Assembly (NCBI RefSeq): GCF_020091645.1
Contig: NZ_CP083585.1
Source: Escherichia coli
GTDB lineage: Bacteria; Pseudomonadota; Gammaproteobacteria; Enterobacterales; Enterobacteriaceae
DNA: 32,000 nucleotides
Reading direction: 5' to 3' (one strand)
The notes beneath the pieces are model-generated. The model did no database searches. It had not been told where the DNA came from and was given only the letters and a program-made list of their open reading frames with translations. This document shows, piece by piece, positions 28,718 through 32,000 of the stretch (its first letter is position 1; each line of letters opens with the position of its first letter). The translations under genes and the position numbers were made by a program.

Positions 28718-29070
28718 TGGTAATCCCCTTCTTCACCGTGGAACTCAAGATCAACCGTGCCTTCTTCGGCATTATGGTTCGCTTCGCCGTGCAGCCAGGC
28801 AGACGACAGTACATAGACCTGACCGTTCGCCAGCTCGGCAGTGATGGTCATCTCATCAGACGAGGTGATTTTGCTCACCGGAAAATTCTTCGGCACCTTG
28901 AAGGTCCCTTTGACATAGGGCGCACGGTGAGTTTCCTTGCGGTCCACTGAACCGTCCAGGCCGATGATGTCATCATTGACCGTCCTGTTCATGGGCACCT
29001 CAATGCCGCCGGTCAGCGATAGCTGCTGACCGTCAATTTTGAAATAACAGGTTCCCCCGATACGGGCCAT
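28714..29070 (-). CDS. Tail tube protein (Mu gpM-like)
   Basis: GTCYFKIDGQQLSLTGGIEVPMNRTVNDDIIGLDGSVDRKETHRAPYVKGTFKVP typical. Confidence 0.87.
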   Translation of the reverse strand: MARIGGTCYFKIDGQQLSLTGGIEVPMNRTVNDDIIGLDGSVDRKETHRAPYVKGTFKVPKNFPVSKITSSDEMTITAELANGQVYVLSSAWLHGEANHNAEEGTVDLEFHGEEGDYQ

Positions 29071-30566
29071 TATGCAGACTCCTCTGAATACTGAAGACGG
29101 AACTGGTTAACCACGGCAAAGACACGCAACTGGTTAACATAGTCAGGCGGGAACAGCGTGTTCAGGCGGTTCGGATCGCTGGCATCACGCTCCACAACCA
29201 GGTACTGCTTAAACAGTTCGTAGTTTTCCACGATCCCCGCACGCTCAAGCTGACGGTAGGTTGCCAGCAGTTCCCCTTTGATCACCGCCGGGGTGACAAT
29301 CGCCTGACCGGGACCAAAGCGGGTACCGTCACTGGCAAGCTTGTGACGCCCGTACTTACTGGTAATGACGGATTTCAGTTTGCGCAGTACATACGCGCTG
29401 GTATGCAGTGTCTCACTGTCGAGGTAGCTGTTATCCGCAACCCCGTAAGCGTTTTTCCTGTACGTGGTGACATCACGCTGAATGCGCAGTACCCCGCTTT
29501 CGACATACGCCGTTGCCACGCCATGAGACAGCAGGGTCTGTTGTTCGGTCATCGTGAACCGTTTCCCCTTCGGCGCAGGCAGCATACCCACCATCTCACC
29601 GGTCTGCGTGGGACGTGCCGGATCGTTGCGGATAAACACCGCTGCGCGGGCGGTACGGCTGGCTGCCAGCTCGTCGGCAGGCGTCTGGGTCTCTTTTTCG
29701 TACCCCGCCAGGGTGATGTGCTGCTGGTTAAACTGGTCACCTGCGTTCACCAGTTCTGACAGTGTGCCGGCCTTTGCCGTATACACATGACCATACAGCT
29801 GACGCGCATAGCTCCAGCGACCGCTGGTATCGTTCATCTCGGTCACCAGCGTGTTAACAGAGGCCGTGTCGTTGAACGGCAGACCGATATAATCAAACGG
29901 CTCATCCGCCATTGCAGCCACCGCGCCGGTGAGAACCGGAGCGCCCGTTCCGGCGGTCCCCGTCGCCACGGCAATCTGTACGCCCGCTGGCAGCACTTCG
30001 CCCCCACCGAAGCCGTAGTAATTGAGGCTGACAGGAATTTCATTCCCGCAAAGCCCCTTATGGCGAGCGGTCAATGTAACCACACCAGCCGAAGATGAGG
30101 CCGTAAACGGCAGGGCCGGAACGGCATTGATGGCATCTTTGATACTGCTGGCAATCGTCGCGACGTTATCGCCGTTGGTCACCGGTGCCTGCACGCGGGT
30201 ACGTCCCACATAAACATTCACCGTGCCGGTTTCGGTTGCTGCCCCGGTCACCGTCAGCGTAACTGTTGCCGCCGCGCCTGTGGATTCAGGAACGGCAATC
30301 ACATACAGCTCGCCAAACGGGTCGGTCTGGCGATAAGCCTCGACCATACGCGCCAGCTGACTTCCCGCACCACAAATCTGGCGTGCATAGTCTGCCGACG
30401 GCATCAGTACCAGACTGTTGGCAACAATCTCTGCACCGTTATTGGCATGACCAATCAGCAGCGATGCTCCGCTGTCCTGTGCAGTATTCGCCGCCTGGTT
30501 ATCCATTTCCGCATAAAACAACGGAACCAGCGTATTCGACGGAATGGTGTTAAAGCTTATCGTCAT
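29070..30566 (-). CDS. Tail sheath protein (Mu gpL-like)
   Basis: 498 aa; FNTIPSNTLVPLFYAEMDN... and C-terminal KGELLATYRQLERAGIVENYELFKQYLVVERDASDPNRLNTLFPPDYVNQLRVFAVVNQFRLQY. Confidence 0.92.
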   Translation of the reverse strand: MTISFNTIPSNTLVPLFYAEMDNQAANTAQDSGASLLIGHANNGAEIVANSLVLMPSADYARQICGAGSQLARMVEAYRQTDPFGELYVIAVPESTGAAATVTLTVTGAATETGTVNVYVGRTRVQAPVTNGDNVATIASSIKDAINAVPALPFTASSSAGVVTLTARHKGLCGNEIPVSLNYYGFGGGEVLPAGVQIAVATGTAGTGAPVLTGAVAAMADEPFDYIGLPFNDTASVNTLVTEMNDTSGRWSYARQLYGHVYTAKAGTLSELVNAGDQFNQQHITLAGYEKETQTPADELAASRTARAAVFIRNDPARPTQTGEMVGMLPAPKGKRFTMTEQQTLLSHGVATAYVESGVLRIQRDVTTYRKNAYGVADNSYLDSETLHTSAYVLRKLKSVITSKYGRHKLASDGTRFGPGQAIVTPAVIKGELLATYRQLERAGIVENYELFKQYLVVERDASDPNRLNTLFPPDYVNQLRVFAVVNQFRLQYSEESA

Positions 30567-30720
30567 CGGTGTTCACCTTTTTATTCACGCGCCGGATATC
30601 ACCCGCTGCTTCACGGCGCAGCCAGTAGTTGTTCTCATCAACATTTCGCCCTTCGGCGGGCAAAAGGTCGCCGCGGGCAGGGTCAGGCACTGACCGCCCT
30701 TTAACAGGTTTCACAAACAT
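30550..30720 (-). CDS. DUF2635-family small protein
   Basis: Translated by hand: MFVKPVKGRSVPDPARGDLLPAEGRNVDENNYWLRREAAGDIRRVNKKVNTDDDKL (56 aa); not in the ORF track; upstream of sheath as in Mu-like modules. Confidence 0.82.
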   Translation of the reverse strand: MFVKPVKGRSVPDPARGDLLPAEGRNVDENNYWLRREAAGDIRRVNKKVNTDDDKL

Positions 30721-30728
30721 GATGATCC

Positions 30729-31289
30729 TCAGGAAGGAAGGGGTATTTCGGTGTGATGTTCGATATCGCCGTCAGGCCCGTTACCGGGATCGAGATAATC
30801 AACATCAATCGCCAGCGTTCGCAGTTCATCCAGACTGTTCAGGTCATCCTGCTGGCGGGTATCGTCTTCGGTCAGCTCGCTGATGACCGAAAAATCGAAC
30901 TGATAAATCAGCTCATGACGATTCAGATCCAGCAGCGTGCCGCCGTCATAGGTAATCGGGTTACCGCACGCTTCCGGGTTCCAGCCCAGCAGGGCCTTAA
31001 AGAGCATCTGCCGGACATCGTCCACCACATCATACGAAGCAAACTGACCGCGCTCATCACGCCCGTTACTCAGTATGACAACCACGGAGAAACCCTCTTT
31101 CAGCTCCTGCCAGTAGTCGGTCTGGCTTTTGTTTTCTCCCGGAGAATCATCACCCGGTACCACATACGCCGCCGGGAGTTTCAGCTTTCCGACCTCCGGC
31201 AGATTTTTGAACTGGGCCGCGCCTGCAACCCGGTTTTCAAAATACGGACAGCGGGCACGCAGTGCAGCAATAACAGGCGTCAGTTTCAT
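30729..31289 (-). CDS. Tail terminator-like protein (Mu gp37-like position)
   Basis: 186 aa MKLTPVIAALRARCPYFENRVAGAAQFKNLPEVGKLKLPAAYVVPGDD...; position in module. Confidence 0.75.
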   Translation of the reverse strand: MKLTPVIAALRARCPYFENRVAGAAQFKNLPEVGKLKLPAAYVVPGDDSPGENKSQTDYWQELKEGFSVVVILSNGRDERGQFASYDVVDDVRQMLFKALLGWNPEACGNPITYDGGTLLDLNRHELIYQFDFSVISELTEDDTRQQDDLNSLDELRTLAIDVDYLDPGNGPDGDIEHHTEIPLPS

Positions 31290-31792
31290 CTGTGTCGTCG
31301 CTCCGGCTTCAGTGATTTACGCAATTCCCGCGCCAGAAAATAGCGTGTCCAGCTGCGGTTCTTTTCAAGAGTTTCCACCATAAAGTTATTACGTGGAGCC
31401 AGCCGCCAGCCGCTGCCACCGGATGCACCACGATGATGACTACGACGACGTTTTGCTCCTCCCCGGACACCAAAAAACAGAAACGCCGGATAGAAGTCAC
31501 CAGAGATCATCCGGTTCCCCTTCCCGTTGCGCTGGTTAGGGGCAATGCGTGTCATAAAACCGGCTCGCTTTTTACTGGCTCTCGGCACCATGTAACCAAT
31601 CGAACGAGCCAGGCGTCCGGTCTGATAACCGGGGTTTTCACCCGGTGCCGACCGCGCACGGCGCATCACCAGCCGACGGGCATCACGCATATGACGCTGC
31701 CCAATCGTGACAAACGCCCTCCGGACACGGGCGCGGTTAAAGCGCATCTCGGCGGGCTGCTGAACATCAACGTGAAAAAAGGGAGTCGCCAT
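31286..31792 (-). CDS. HK97 gp10-like tail completion/head-tail joining protein
   Basis: 168-aa basic ORF; NFMVETLEKNRSWTRYFLARELRKSLK C-terminus and position. Confidence 0.6.
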   Translation of the reverse strand: MATPFFHVDVQQPAEMRFNRARVRRAFVTIGQRHMRDARRLVMRRARSAPGENPGYQTGRLARSIGYMVPRASKKRAGFMTRIAPNQRNGKGNRMISGDFYPAFLFFGVRGGAKRRRSHHRGASGGSGWRLAPRNNFMVETLEKNRSWTRYFLARELRKSLKPERRHR

Positions 31793-32000
31793 TGCTGCCT
31801 CCGTGACTCTGCCTACATTCGCCCAGCTCCGTACACTCCAGCAGCAGAAAGCGCCGCGCCCCGTTCAGATCACGCTGACGTTTCACCCGGTACACACTGT
31901 CATCACAGACCACCTCATAATCAGCAGTGATCCCCCGGCGGTAACGAATGGTGATGTAATGGGTGATGGCGTCCCCGGTCTGCGCGGTTTCCTGCCAGGT
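31767..32000 (-). CDS. Phage head closure/head-tail adaptor protein (partial at window end)
   Basis: Open frame TWQETAQTGDAITHYITIRYRRGITADYEVVCDDSVYRVKRQRDLNGARRFLLLECTELGECRQSHGGSNGDSLFSR ending at 31767; starts beyond the window. Confidence 0.7.
   Translation of the reverse strand, partial: TWQETAQTGDAITHYITIRYRRGITADYEVVCDDSVYRVKRQRDLNGARRFLLLECTELGECRQSHGGSNGDSLFSR

Noticed and set aside
23259-31930. Numerous plus-strand ORFs of 60-196 aa (e.g. 25152-25649, 30753-31343, 22964-23422, 31433-31930)
   Set aside because: All lie antisense to well-supported tail genes in GC-rich coding DNA, with low-complexity compositions typical of antisense frames.

Overview
The window looks like accessory DNA from an Escherichia-type enterobacterium made of two prophage blocks, both transcribed mainly on the minus strand. 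(1) 245-16162 is a defective lambdoid/P4-type mosaic closely resembling the K-12 DLP12 early region. Read right to left it has a P4-type integrase next to a 46-bp 3' fragment of thrW, an AlpA-like gene, an antirepressor, Icd-like and small genes, a complete 1057-bp IS903-type element, a 5'-truncated lambda O with five iterons, P, ren, emrE, ybcK, a variable slot with two orphan ORFs, ylcH, ybcN, ninE, ybcO, rusA, ylcG and quuD. It ends with two cargo genes, a lipocalin (Blc-like) and a DUF523/DUF1722 (YbgA-like) protein. (2) About 19-32 kb is the tail module of a Mu/SfV-like myovirus, from head closure through sheath, tube, tape measure and baseplate to tail fibre and fibre assembly. Between the blocks lies an AT-rich AIDA-type autotransporter gene. 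The best observations are: an invertible tail-fibre segment flanked by two readable 26-bp hix/gix-like sites whose neighbouring invertase has lost its C-terminal DNA-binding domain; a tandem-prophage junction at a thrW att core; an autotransporter in a cargo position; an IS903 copy without target duplication at a probable deletion of the immunity region; a highly structured non-coding region between int and alpA with repeated boxA-like motifs; and a probable -1 frameshift in the tail chaperone gene. Family assignments come from recall of protein sequences; no database search was run.
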